Origin: a bacterium
Lineage (GTDB): Bacteria > UBA8248
Length of the DNA stretch: 64,000 nucleotides
Assembly (NCBI GenBank): GCA_963692865.2
Contig: OY843592.1
Coordinates: forward strand, 3,776,001-3,840,000
Direction of reading: 5' to 3'
The translations under genes and the position numbers were made by a program. Under the pieces are notes generated by a model. It was not told the DNA's origin. It searched no databases and saw only the letters and a program-made list of their open reading frames with translations. Position 1 is the stretch's first letter; each line of letters starts with the position of its first letter. This document shows, in pieces, positions 1 to 9,443 of the stretch.

Positions 1-1117
1 CTCCGAGATTGTGGGCCAACCCCACCCCGGCGCCCGGAACCTGGCGGGCGCCCGCCTCTCCGCGCAACTGAAGCGTGAGTTCATGAATCTGCGCCACGCC
101 CGTCGCCCCCACCGGGTGGCCTTTCGACTTCAGGCCGCCGCTGGTGTTGACCGGCATCGCGCCGCCGAGCTTCGTCATCCCCTCGCTCGCGCCGCGGCCT
201 CCCTCGCCTCTGGCGAAAAACCCCAAGTCCTCGAGCGCGATGATCTCGGCCATCGTGAAACAATCGTGGATCTCGGCCAGGTCTACGTCCTCGCGGCTGA
301 GTCCCGCCTGGGAGAAGGCCTCCTCTCCCGCCTTTTGCGTGGCGTAAAACGAGGTGATGTCGCGCTTGTCGGAAAGCGCGGGCGAATCCGAAGCCTGCGC
401 CGACGCGAGGATATCTACCGGCTTTCCATGATGCGCAGATGCCGTTTCGGACGGGCACAGCACGACGGCCGCCGCCCCGTCGCTGATGAGCGAGCAATCG
501 AAAAGACCGAGCGGCTCGGCCACCGGCCTGGCGTCGAGCACCTGGGGGAGCGTCACGTCCTTTTGCATGTGCGCGTTCGGGTTGAGCTTGCCGTGGGCGT
601 GGTTTTTCACCGCCACGTGGGCGATCTCCTCGCGCGTCGTGCCGTGCTCGTGCATGTGGCGTCTGGCGATGAGGCCGAAAAGGGCGGGGAACGTGGAGCC
701 GACGCTCGCCTCCACCGCCACGTCCCCGGCGGCGGCGAGGATGGAGGCCGTCTCGTCCGTCTCGGCGGAAGTCATCTTCTCCACCCCCGCGACGAGGGCG
801 AAATCCACCTGGCCCGAAGCCACGCTCAGCACCCCCTGGCGCATGGCGAGCCCCCCGGAGGCGCAAGCGCCCTCCAGACGGGTGCAGGGCACCGCCCCCA
901 GCCCCGCCGCGTGCGCCACCATGGGCGCCACGTGGTTCTGCCCGACGAAGGCATGGCCGGCGAAATTCCCCAGAAAAAACGCCTCGATTCGCTCGGGCGC
1001 GAGACCCGCGTCCTCAAGCGCGTCCCTGCAGGCGATGGCCCCCAGGGCGACGAGGCTCTCCGCCCGTACCCCGAAGGGCGTGATGCCCGCACCTACGATC
1101 GACACGCCGCGCACCAT
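1..1117 (-). CDS. Thiolase family protein (SCP-x/acetyl-CoA acetyltransferase-like), 3' end outside window
   Basis: Minus-strand translation from ATG at 1117 reads MVRGVSIVGAGITPFG...; stays open to the window edge; it follows a CoA ligase gene. The plus-strand 468-aa ORF is its antisense shadow. Confidence 0.8.
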   Translation of the reverse strand, partial: MVRGVSIVGAGITPFGVRAESLVALGAIACRDALEDAGLAPERIEAFFLGNFAGHAFVGQNHVAPMVAHAAGLGAVPCTRLEGACASGGLAMRQGVLSVASGQVDFALVAGVEKMTSAETDETASILAAAGDVAVEASVGSTFPALFGLIARRHMHEHGTTREEIAHVAVKNHAHGKLNPNAHMQKDVTLPQVLDARPVAEPLGLFDCSLISDGAAAVVLCPSETASAHHGKPVDILASAQASDSPALSDKRDITSFYATQKAGEEAFSQAGLSREDVDLAEIHDCFTMAEIIALEDLGFFARGEGGRGASEGMTKLGGAMPVNTSGGLKSKGHPVGATGVAQIHELTLQLRGEAGARQVPGAGVGLAHNLG

Positions 1118-1134
1118 TCACCCCCCCGCCGTAT

Positions 1135-2463
1135 TCATACGCGCGATTCGCGCAAATCCAGGAATCTCTTCGCCTTGAAGGTCGTTCTCTCGAAAGAGCC
1201 CGCCGGCAAAACCTCCACCTCGGGCGTCACGAGGAGCTCCGTCCCGAGCCTCTTGCGCAACTCATCGCCCAAGCCCGAGTTCGCCTCCCCCCCGACGGCT
1301 TCGGCCACGACGACGCAGCGGTCCCGCCCCGTCGACTCGTCCGGGCGCAATTCCACCCGAAACTCGTTGCTGAGGCCCGAGAAACTGCGCACCACTTCCT
1401 CCACCTGGATGGGGTAGAACTTCGCCCCCTTGTAGATGACGAGATCGTCGTGCCGCCCGAGAATTCCCCCGGGCGAGCGCAGGTGCGTTCTGCCGCAAGG
1501 GCTGGGGGAACTCTCCACGCGCGCGAAATCGTTCGTCCAGTAGCGCAGCATGGGCGTGGCCTCGCGCGTGAGGTGCGTGATGACGAGGATGCCCACCCCG
1601 CCCTCGGGCGTCGGCTCTTTCGTCTCGGGGTCGACCACCTCGATGATGTGGTGATCCTCCGCCCAGATGAGGCCCGACTTCGCCGCCGATTCACTCGCGA
1701 AGGTCGGCCCGATCTCGCCCAGTCCGTAGTAGTCATAGGCGTCGACGCCGAGGGCGGCCTCGATTCGAGCGCGCGTGGAGGGGTTCTGCGCCCCCGCCTC
1801 GCCGCCGAAAGAGCCGATTTTCAGGGGGATCTCACCGGGGTCCACGCCGCTTTCGGTGAGTTTCTCGCCGATGTAGAGGCCGTAGCTCGGCGTGCTCAGA
1901 AGCACCGTCGAGCCGATGGTGGTGAGGTAGAGTATCTGCCTTTCGGTCATGGCGGCGCCGATGGGTATCACGAAACAGCCGATCTTCTGCGTGGCGTAGT
2001 GCACGCTCATCCCGGCGACCCACAGGCCGTAGCTGAACGCGTTCTGGACGACGTCGCCCGGCCGCACGCCGAAGCTCCACATCGTGCGCGCCGTGAAATC
2101 CGCGATGTTCTCGACGTCGTTCTTGCTCCAGATGGTGCTCACGGGAACGCCGGTCGTGCCCGTGGAGGGGTGGAGTTCTCCCCAGGCTTCCGGCGGAGCG
2201 ACCGTGTACCGCCCGAAGGGCGGATGCGCTTGCTGTTCGTCTCTGAGTTCCTGTTTTGTGACGAAGGGAATTTTTTGCAGATCATCGAGCGCGCGAACCG
2301 AATCGGGCCCCACGCCCGCCGCGTCGAGACGCTCGCGGTAGAATCCGGATTCCTGATGGCAGCGGCGCACCTGCCACTTGAGCCGTTCGAGCTGGAGGGA
2401 GGCGAGTTCATCGCGCGCCATGCATTCGATGCGCTGATCCCAAAAATCGCCGTTTCCCACCAT
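1135..2463 (-). CDS. Phenylacetate-CoA ligase family (PaaK-like) adenylate-forming enzyme
   Basis: STGTTG P-loop-like motif, DYYGLGE, RYWTND, GRHDD..IYKG and C-terminal FKAKRF motifs. Confidence 0.88.
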   Translation of the reverse strand: MVGNGDFWDQRIECMARDELASLQLERLKWQVRRCHQESGFYRERLDAAGVGPDSVRALDDLQKIPFVTKQELRDEQQAHPPFGRYTVAPPEAWGELHPSTGTTGVPVSTIWSKNDVENIADFTARTMWSFGVRPGDVVQNAFSYGLWVAGMSVHYATQKIGCFVIPIGAAMTERQILYLTTIGSTVLLSTPSYGLYIGEKLTESGVDPGEIPLKIGSFGGEAGAQNPSTRARIEAALGVDAYDYYGLGEIGPTFASESAAKSGLIWAEDHHIIEVVDPETKEPTPEGGVGILVITHLTREATPMLRYWTNDFARVESSPSPCGRTHLRSPGGILGRHDDLVIYKGAKFYPIQVEEVVRSFSGLSNEFRVELRPDESTGRDRCVVVAEAVGGEANSGLGDELRKRLGTELLVTPEVEVLPAGSFERTTFKAKRFLDLRESRV

Positions 2464-2654
2464 GGCCGCGGAACCTTCTTGTAGAGAAAAAAGCGAGCGA
2501 ATCCGTCCCGCACCCCACAACCCGTATTCAATTTGCCGACGAAAATCCCGGAAAGAGACGCTGGAAAAAATAGCACACCGAAAGGTGGCGCGCAAGAAGG
2601 TGTTTTTTCAAAAAAACCGCACCGCCGTCCCGCCGGGCGCAGCGCGGAGAGAGA

Positions 2655-4577
2655 TCAAAGGGTGATCGTGGTTCCCGCCGCCTGCGGGTCGTCGAGCGCG
2701 CCGAGGAACGCCTCCATCACGCGCGCCGGGGGGGCGCCGCCCTCGATATTCAGCATGAACCCATCCATCAACTCCCGCCTCATCCAGCTCGCGAACACCG
2801 CCGCCTCGTCCAAATCCTCCCGGTTCGCCTTCGCGGCCTCGAAGCTCTCCTCCAGAAAAATCTCGCTCACCTTCTCTTCGAGGACGCGAACGGGCGGCTC
2901 GCTCTTCTCGAAAGACACTTCATGGGCCAGGAGCCCGTCCTTGATGAAATAACAGTATCTCTCCTCGCGCGTTTGTCCGGGTTCGACGATGACGAGCCTT
3001 CTCCTCTCGACGGACGGCCCCGAGAGAGCGTACATCCTCGCCAGATGATGAAGGCGGGCGATATGGCGCCTCAGCCTGCCGGGCGAAAGGCCCTCCTCTC
3101 CCCAGGCCTTCTTGAGCAAGGAGAATACGCTCTCGTCCTCTTTCGGGAGACGGCCCTCCAGGATGCCCCGCAAGGCCTCGAACAGTTCCGCGTATTCAGA
3201 ATCCGGCAACCGGGGCGGTTTTTTGCCGCCCTTGGACCCGCCGCGCTTCCTGGCGTCGCGGTGCGCTTCCGGCGCTTTATGGGGGAGCGGAAAGGCGGCG
3301 CAAACGGCCTGCATCAAATCGAGGAGCTGCGCTTTTTTCCGAAACGGGCCGTAGTAGCGGGCGCCGTCGCGAACGAGGCGGGAGGCGAGGGACACCCCGG
3401 GCCGGGCGCCGCCCGCCGAAAGTCTCAGAAAACCCCCGCCCGTTACGGCGAGGTTCCCGTTCATGAGGCTGGCTTTCCGCATCGCCCGGAAAGCCTCCAC
3501 GTTCATGGCCAGTTCGCTTCGCAGCCTCTTCGCCTCCACGCGGCAAACGCCCTTGAGCCTGAGGGCGAACCGGCCGGCGGAGCGATTCCTGGGGTAGAAC
3601 ATATCCCGCACCGTTCGTCGTATGTCGTTGGCCTTGCCCGCGAACACGAGTCTTTCGTCCTTGTCGTAGAGGCGATAAACGCCGCGACCACGGGGGAGGG
3701 ATTCAATCTCCGCCGGGTCAAGCCGCATCCCCTCCGCCATCGGTGGAGAAACCTCCTCGTCGGGCTGCTGAAACGCGAGCAGGGATTCGAGGCTGTCCAG
3801 CCCCAGAAGGCGGCACATCTGCGCGAAGCGGATGAATATCTGCGCCGTCGCCTGCGCGTCGCCCAGGGCGCGATGCCTCCCGTCCTCGGAATCTGAAAGC
3901 CCCAGGGCCGCGCTCAACTCTCCGAGGTTGAAGCGCTTCTGGTCCGGCAAAAGCCGGTTCGCCAGCTCGAACGTGCAAAGAACCCGAGGCGAAAAATCGC
4001 GCTCAAGATATTCTTCTGCGTAATACTGAAGAAAATGGAGGTCGAAATTCGCGCAATGGGCGACGAACACGCACCCGTCGATGAAATCCAGGAACCCGGG
4101 CAGCACCTCCATCAGCCCCGGCTTGTCCGCCACCATGGCGTCGGTGATGCCCGTGAGGCGAACGACGTTCCATGGAATCTCCCGGCCCGGGTTGACCAGG
4201 GCGTCCCGGGAATCCACCACCTCGCCTGCGCGCACCTTGACGGCGGCCAGCTCCGTGATCCGGTGCTGGGGGGGCCGCCCGCCCGTGGTCTCGATGTCGA
4301 CGACGGCGAAGGTGGTGTCGGGAAGATGAGGGCCGGAAAGCAAACGGGCCGCCTCATCCGCGCTCATGAGGCCGCCCGCTCCGTTCGCCGTGCTCCTTTC
4401 GAGAAGGGGCCCGAGGATACCGAGCGCCGCCGAATCATCCATCTCTTTGAGGTTCAAGGCGTTGCGGACATATTGAAAGGCGGCTGATCCTTGAATCGCC
4501 GCCCGGCTCTCCCGCTTCGTTTCCTGATCCATTTGCCTGCGCTTTTGTGAATACATGGAGCTTGAGTCGTTACTCAT
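2655..4577 (-). CDS. DEDDh 3'-5' exonuclease (DnaQ/PolC-like) fused to a UvrC/Cho-like GIY-YIG-type region
   Basis: VVDIETTG, HCANFD, HRALGDA exonuclease motifs; then GVYRLYD..LVFAGKA and YYGPF; start codon uncertain. Confidence 0.75.
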   Translation of the reverse strand: MSNDSSSMYSQKRRQMDQETKRESRAAIQGSAAFQYVRNALNLKEMDDSAALGILGPLLERSTANGAGGLMSADEAARLLSGPHLPDTTFAVVDIETTGGRPPQHRITELAAVKVRAGEVVDSRDALVNPGREIPWNVVRLTGITDAMVADKPGLMEVLPGFLDFIDGCVFVAHCANFDLHFLQYYAEEYLERDFSPRVLCTFELANRLLPDQKRFNLGELSAALGLSDSEDGRHRALGDAQATAQIFIRFAQMCRLLGLDSLESLLAFQQPDEEVSPPMAEGMRLDPAEIESLPRGRGVYRLYDKDERLVFAGKANDIRRTVRDMFYPRNRSAGRFALRLKGVCRVEAKRLRSELAMNVEAFRAMRKASLMNGNLAVTGGGFLRLSAGGARPGVSLASRLVRDGARYYGPFRKKAQLLDLMQAVCAAFPLPHKAPEAHRDARKRGGSKGGKKPPRLPDSEYAELFEALRGILEGRLPKEDESVFSLLKKAWGEEGLSPGRLRRHIARLHHLARMYALSGPSVERRRLVIVEPGQTREERYCYFIKDGLLAHEVSFEKSEPPVRVLEEKVSEIFLEESFEAAKANREDLDEAAVFASWMRRELMDGFMLNIEGGAPPARVMEAFLGALDDPQAAGTTITL

Positions 4578-4695
4578 GCTCCGAATGTAGCAGAAAGCGC
4601 GCGAGGATCATAGCCCGCTACCCGTAAGCTCGTTCACCAGGCGCGCATGTTTTGGTATAACCGGAGGACGTGGTTTTCCCGGGAGGAGAGCAGCC

Positions 4696-5130
4696 TTGTT
4701 CGGAAGCATCGGAATGACGGAGTTGATCGTGATCATGGTGGTCGCCCTGGTCGTCATCGGGCCCAAGCGTCTGCCGGAGCTGGCCCGCACGCTCGGCAAG
4801 GCCCTGGGCGACTTCAAGCGCGCCACGTCGGATTTCCAGAACAGCTTCAGCGTGGAGGACGACTACGATCTCGACGTGCTCGATGAGGAAGCAAAGGAAA
4901 AGGACAAAAAAACGGGCGCCGAAGAATCAGACGAAGGCGACGCCGACGAAGACCATGACGGAGAAGGAGACGAGGCGGCGGAGCAAATCTCCGAACCGGA
5001 CCGGACCGAAACGCAAGAACCCACGCCCGAGGCGGGCGACGCCGAGCCTGAGGCCGAGGCCGCCGCCACGGAGAGCGAAGCGGCCGCGGATGAGACCGGG
5101 GCCGCGCGAGAGGACGACAAGCAGACGTGA
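4696..5130 (+). CDS. tatB: Twin-arginine translocase TatA/TatB subunit with long acidic tail
   Basis: MFGSIGMTELIVIMVVALVVIGPKRLPELARTLGK; GGAGG RBS before TTG; overlaps tatC. Confidence 0.85.
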   Translation: MFGSIGMTELIVIMVVALVVIGPKRLPELARTLGKALGDFKRATSDFQNSFSVEDDYDLDVLDEEAKEKDKKTGAEESDEGDADEDHDGEGDEAAEQISEPDRTETQEPTPEAGDAEPEAEAAATESEAAADETGAAREDDKQT

Positions 5131-5894
5131 GCGGCGATAGTTCCATGCCCCTCACCGGGCACCTGACGGAATTGCGCAACAGAATCCTCTACATCCTCGG
5201 CACGATTCTCGTCGTGTTCGTGGGGGCTTATTATTTCTCGGGCGAACTGCTGACCCTCATGCAGCGCCCCATCGCCGATCAGAAGCTCGTTTTCCTCTCG
5301 CCGACCGAGGCCTTTTTCGCGCACATCAAGGTCTCGTTTTTCTGTTCGGTGTTCATCAGCCTTCCCATCATCCTGTTCCAGATCTGGCGCTTCTGCGCCC
5401 CGGGGCTGATGGACCGGGAGAAACGCTACATCGTGCCCTTCGTGTTCTTCTCGACGCTGAGCTTCATCGTCGGCGCCCTTTTCTGCTATTTCCTGATTCT
5501 GCCTTACGGCCTCGCCTTTCTGCTGAGTTTCGCCACCGAATCCCTGACGCCCCAGATTTCCATAGGCTTCTACATCTCCTTCGCCTTCAAGCTCATCTTC
5601 ACGTTCGGCCTGGTGTTCGAGGTGCCCATCGTCACCATCCTGCTCGTGCAGATCGGCGTCATCACGCCGGAGTTCCTCTCGAAAAACCGCGGGTACGTCA
5701 TCGTCGGCGCGTTCGTCCTGTCCGCCCTGCTCACGCCGCCCGACGTGGTGACGCAGGTGTTCCTCGCGGGTCCCGTCATCGTGCTGTTCGAGATCAGCAT
5801 CATCGTCTCGAAGATCATCATGAAGCGGAAGAAAAAGCGCCGGGAGGAGTGGGAAAAGGAATGGGCGGACGATGAAGACGATGACCCGGATTAG
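5127..5894 (+). CDS. tatC: Twin-arginine translocase TatC
   Basis: MPLTGHLTELRNR, PTEAF, PGL..REK, FEVP, LTPPD motifs. Confidence 0.95.
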   Translation: MSGDSSMPLTGHLTELRNRILYILGTILVVFVGAYYFSGELLTLMQRPIADQKLVFLSPTEAFFAHIKVSFFCSVFISLPIILFQIWRFCAPGLMDREKRYIVPFVFFSTLSFIVGALFCYFLILPYGLAFLLSFATESLTPQISIGFYISFAFKLIFTFGLVFEVPIVTILLVQIGVITPEFLSKNRGYVIVGAFVLSALLTPPDVVTQVFLAGPVIVLFEISIIVSKIIMKRKKKRREEWEKEWADDEDDDPD

Positions 5895-5920
5895 CTCATC
5901 GCGAGCGCCCCGCCCCTGGC

Positions 5921-6750
5921 GGCTGTTGAAAAAGCCCCTGGGTGGAGGAAAACCGACGTCATTCCGGCCTTGAGCCGGAATGACGTCGGTGGTCGATTCC
6001 GACCGATGAGGAACTGTTGAAAAACCCTGTTCCAGGGTCGGGCGGACACACAGGTCCGCCCCTACGTTTCGTTTCGCAGAGGTTGGCAGGTCAGACATGT
6101 ATGTCTGACATATCATGCGACCCGTATTGTGAAGGCGAAAAGGCAGGGCCGCATGATATGCGGCCCCTACGGTGAGATCCCGACCGGCCCGCAAGGGGTT
6201 TTTCAACAGCGCCGATGAGGAAGGAATCGACCGAGCGGGCCGGGTTATTCAACACCTCTCCTGGTGGCGAATCCTTCCCGCATACACGAAGGAAAAGGCC
6301 CCTTGCGTTCCTCGAATTCTCGCGGCGATACAGTCCCCACCGATAGAATTGTCCGGGCGTCGTACATGGGGTCGTTGAAGAAGCCCCGTCTGCGACCCCC
6401 GCAAACCGCCAACGCCTCTTTCCACACCCTGAGTAGCCGCCGAAGGTCAAACGCGACTGAGAAGGGGTTGTTGAAAAACCCATCCCTCTCGCATCAACCA
6501 CGTTTTACCCGTAGGGGCCGCATATCATGCGGCCCTGCCTTTTTGCCTTCACAATACGGGCCGCATACTATGTCAGACATATATGTCTGACCTACCAACC
6601 TCTGCGAAACGAAACGTAGGGGAGGACCTGTGTGTCCGCCCGACCCTGGAACAGGATTTTTCAACAGCCCCTCATCGGTCGGGTTCGCGCCTTCGATACG
6701 CGGCTTCGCCGCTACTCAGGATGAAGCAGAGAGGCGGTTTTTCGACAGCC
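5921..6750. repeat. Mosaic cluster of MITE-like units (TGTTGAAAAA...TTTTTCAACA ends) and GTAG-REP palindromes
   Basis: Several TGTTGAAAAA/TTTTTCAACA ends; GGGCCGCATATCATGCGGCCC, GTCAGACATATATGTCTGAC, GGGCGGACACACAGGTCCGCCC palindromes; GTCATTCCGGC..GCCGGAATGAC hairpin. Confidence 0.9.
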
Positions 6751-6806
6751 CCGCATACCCGCGCCGGACGAAACCCGCGCGCCATCCGGATGAGCGACGA
6801 TTCGCC

Positions 6807-7088
6807 ATGAAAGAGGAGACGCGGCGGATTCGCCTCATCATCCGGGGCCGGGTGCAGGGCGTATGGTACCGGGGCGGCGCGCAGGAGGTCGCCCGCGAAC
6901 TCGGCCTCACCGGATGGGTGAGAAACCTGGCCGACGGGAGCGTGGAACTCGTCGCCGAAGGCGAAGTCTCCGCGCTCGACGCCCTCAAGGGGTGGTGCCG
7001 GGAGGGGCCGCCCCTGGCGAGAGTCCACGACGTCTCCGAGGAGCCGTTGACGCCCCGCGGGGCGCCGGCCTCGTTCGAGGTGCGCTGA
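6807..7088 (+). CDS. acyP: Acylphosphatase
   Basis: GRVQGVWYR and GWVRNLADGSVE signatures. Confidence 0.92.
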   Translation: MKEETRRIRLIIRGRVQGVWYRGGAQEVARELGLTGWVRNLADGSVELVAEGEVSALDALKGWCREGPPLARVHDVSEEPLTPRGAPASFEVR

Positions 7089-7091
7089 ACG

Positions 7092-7991
7092 CTAGATGCC
7101 CGTAAATCCCGTCCAGAAGATGAGATAGGCGGAAACGGCGTTCAGGTAGTTCGAGATCAGCAGAACCCCCACCAGCAGGAGCATGGCGCTGCTCGCGATT
7201 TCGACTCCGTGGAAATAGCGCCTGAACGATTGATGGAACCGGAAGAAATACCCCACGCCCAGGCCGCTCAGGAGGAACGGAACGCCCAGGCCTGCGGAAT
7301 AGCCCGCCAGCAGAACGACGCCCTGTCCCGCCGTTTGCTGCGTTCCGGCGAACAGGAGGATGCTGCCCAGAATCGGGCCGACGCAGGGCGTCCAGCCGGC
7401 GGCGAAGGTGACGCCCACCAGCATGCTGCCGAGCCAGCCTGCGGGCTTGCTCTTGAGCACGATGCGGTTCTCCGAGGAGAGCAGCACGGGCGCGAAGACG
7501 GCCACGAAGGCGTACAGAGCGGCGGCGGTGAGCGCCCCGCCCAGCGCGGGGTAGCCCTTTCGCAGGCCCGCCAGCCCCGCCAGGAAAACCAGGGCGGCGA
7601 AAGCGCCGCTCGCGCCGGTCGGCTTTTCGGAGAAAAACCGCTGCACCCTGAAGTCGAAGGCCCTGTCGCCGACGTAGAGGCCGAACATGGTGATCAGGAT
7701 GCCGCCCAGAAGCCTGACGTGGTCCTGATACTCGAAGAGTATCCTGCCCGCGTAGGAGGCGCCGGCGCCCAACAGGACGAAGACGAGAGAAAACCCCGCC
7801 ACGAAGAACAGGGAGTTCACCAGGATGACGGCTCTCACGCGGGCGGCCTCGCCGCTCTCGCGTATCTCCTCATAGGACAGGCCGGTCAGGTAGGAAAGAT
7901 AGCTGGGAACCAGCGGGAGGATGCACGGGGAGGCGAAACTCAAAACCCCCGCCGCGAAAGCCAGGCTCAAGGACACGTTTTCCGGGGCCAT
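7092..7991 (-). CDS. ccdA: Cytochrome c biogenesis protein CcdA (DsbD-like transmembrane domain)
   Basis: SFASPCILPLVPSY and GWTPCVGPILG motifs. Confidence 0.9.
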   Translation of the reverse strand: MAPENVSLSLAFAAGVLSFASPCILPLVPSYLSYLTGLSYEEIRESGEAARVRAVILVNSLFFVAGFSLVFVLLGAGASYAGRILFEYQDHVRLLGGILITMFGLYVGDRAFDFRVQRFFSEKPTGASGAFAALVFLAGLAGLRKGYPALGGALTAAALYAFVAVFAPVLLSSENRIVLKSKPAGWLGSMLVGVTFAAGWTPCVGPILGSILLFAGTQQTAGQGVVLLAGYSAGLGVPFLLSGLGVGYFFRFHQSFRRYFHGVEIASSAMLLLVGVLLISNYLNAVSAYLIFWTGFTGI

Positions 7992-8120
7992 CGTTTTCCC
8001 CTGTCGGAATCGCCGGCGGCCATGGGGGTGATCCGGTTGTTTCACTCCTTCCCGGCGAACCATCTTATCACAACGAAAACGATGGCCGGGACGATATTGC
8101 CGGGATGAAGAAAATCCGGA

Positions 8121-9443
8121 TCAGTTTCGACGCATCCCGTCTCCATCGAAGGGATTGTGGATGCATATGGTGTCATCGCGGCTCGGGCCCGTGGAGACGA
8201 GCCATACGGGCCTGTCGGTCAACTCTTCGAGACTTTTGATGTAATCCTTCGCCCGGGGAGGCAGTGCGTCATATTCCCGCACGCCCCCGGTGGGGGACAT
8301 CCAGCCGGGAAATTCCGCATATACGGGTTCGCACCGCTCCAGAATCGAGGTCTCCGCGGGGAAGACCGTGACGCGCTCGCCCTCGTATTCATAGCCCACG
8401 CAAACGCGAATCGTCTCCTGGTTGTCGAGCACGTCGAGCTTCGTCACCGCTATCGCGTCCATCCCGGCCACCTGGATGCAGTGGCGGGCCGCCACGGCGT
8501 CGAACCACCCGCACCGCCTGGGCCTCCCCGTCGTGGCGCCGAACTCGCCGCCCTCTTCTCTGAGAAGCCCGGCTTCGACCTCTCCCATCTCGGAGGGAAA
8601 CGGGCCCTGCCCCACCCGCGTGCAATACGCCTTCATGATGCCGAACACCGTGTTCAGCCGCCTGTAGGGCAGGCCCAGGCCGCTCATCGCCCCCCCGACG
8701 CCGGTGTTGCTCGACGTCACGAAGGGATAGGTGCCCATGTCCAGGTCGAGGAGGATCCCCTGCGCGCCTTCGAGCAGGATTTTCTTGTTCCCGTTCAAGG
8801 CGTCGTTGATCTCCGCGTCCGTGTTGCGCACGTGGGGGCCCAGCGTTTTCCGCACCTGGGAGCACACGTCCAGAACGTGGCCCTCGTCGAGCGCCCTCGT
8901 TTCCTCCTCGTTCAGATCGATGCCGCCCAGAAGCCGCTTCTTGATGGCCAGACTGACGCGGATGCGCTCCGTCAATATCTTCTCGTCGAACAGGTCCGAA
9001 ATCCGAACGCCCAGCCGCGCCGCCTTGTCGGAATAGGCCGGCCCGATGCCCCGGCCCGTCGTGCCGATGCGGTTGACGCCCAGAAGCTCCTCCATGTGGG
9101 AGTCGAGAACCTTGTGGTAGGGCATGATGAGGTGCGCGCGCTTGCCGAGGACGAGGTTCTCGCCGATCCCGATGCCCACGGAGCGGAGGTATTCGATCTC
9201 CTCCACCAGGGCCAGCGGGTCCACCACGACGCCCGAGCCGATGATGCACTTGACGCCCGCGTGCAGTATGCCGGTCGGTATCAGGTGGAGGATGTACCGG
9301 TTTCCCTCGACGACCACGGTATGGCCCGCGTTCGCGCCGCCCTGGTAGCGGGCCACCACGTCCGCCTGGCTCGCCAGCCAGTCGATGACCTTCCCTTTTC
9401 CCTCATCGCCCCACTGGCCGCCCAGAATCGCCAAAACGCTCAT
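8121..9443 (-). CDS. purA: Adenylosuccinate synthetase
   Basis: GGQWGDEGKGK, GGANAGHT, GIGPAYSDK, EGAQG, GATTGRPRRCGW. Confidence 0.98.
   Translation of the reverse strand: MSVLAILGGQWGDEGKGKVIDWLASQADVVARYQGGANAGHTVVVEGNRYILHLIPTGILHAGVKCIIGSGVVVDPLALVEEIEYLRSVGIGIGENLVLGKRAHLIMPYHKVLDSHMEELLGVNRIGTTGRGIGPAYSDKAARLGVRISDLFDEKILTERIRVSLAIKKRLLGGIDLNEEETRALDEGHVLDVCSQVRKTLGPHVRNTDAEINDALNGNKKILLEGAQGILLDLDMGTYPFVTSSNTGVGGAMSGLGLPYRRLNTVFGIMKAYCTRVGQGPFPSEMGEVEAGLLREEGGEFGATTGRPRRCGWFDAVAARHCIQVAGMDAIAVTKLDVLDNQETIRVCVGYEYEGERVTVFPAETSILERCEPVYAEFPGWMSPTGGVREYDALPPRAKDYIKSLEELTDRPVWLVSTGPSRDDTICIHNPFDGDGMRRN

Noticed and set aside
11-1417. 468-aa plus-strand ORF
   Set aside because: Antisense shadow of the thiolase and CoA ligase genes in high-GC DNA; no recognisable motifs.
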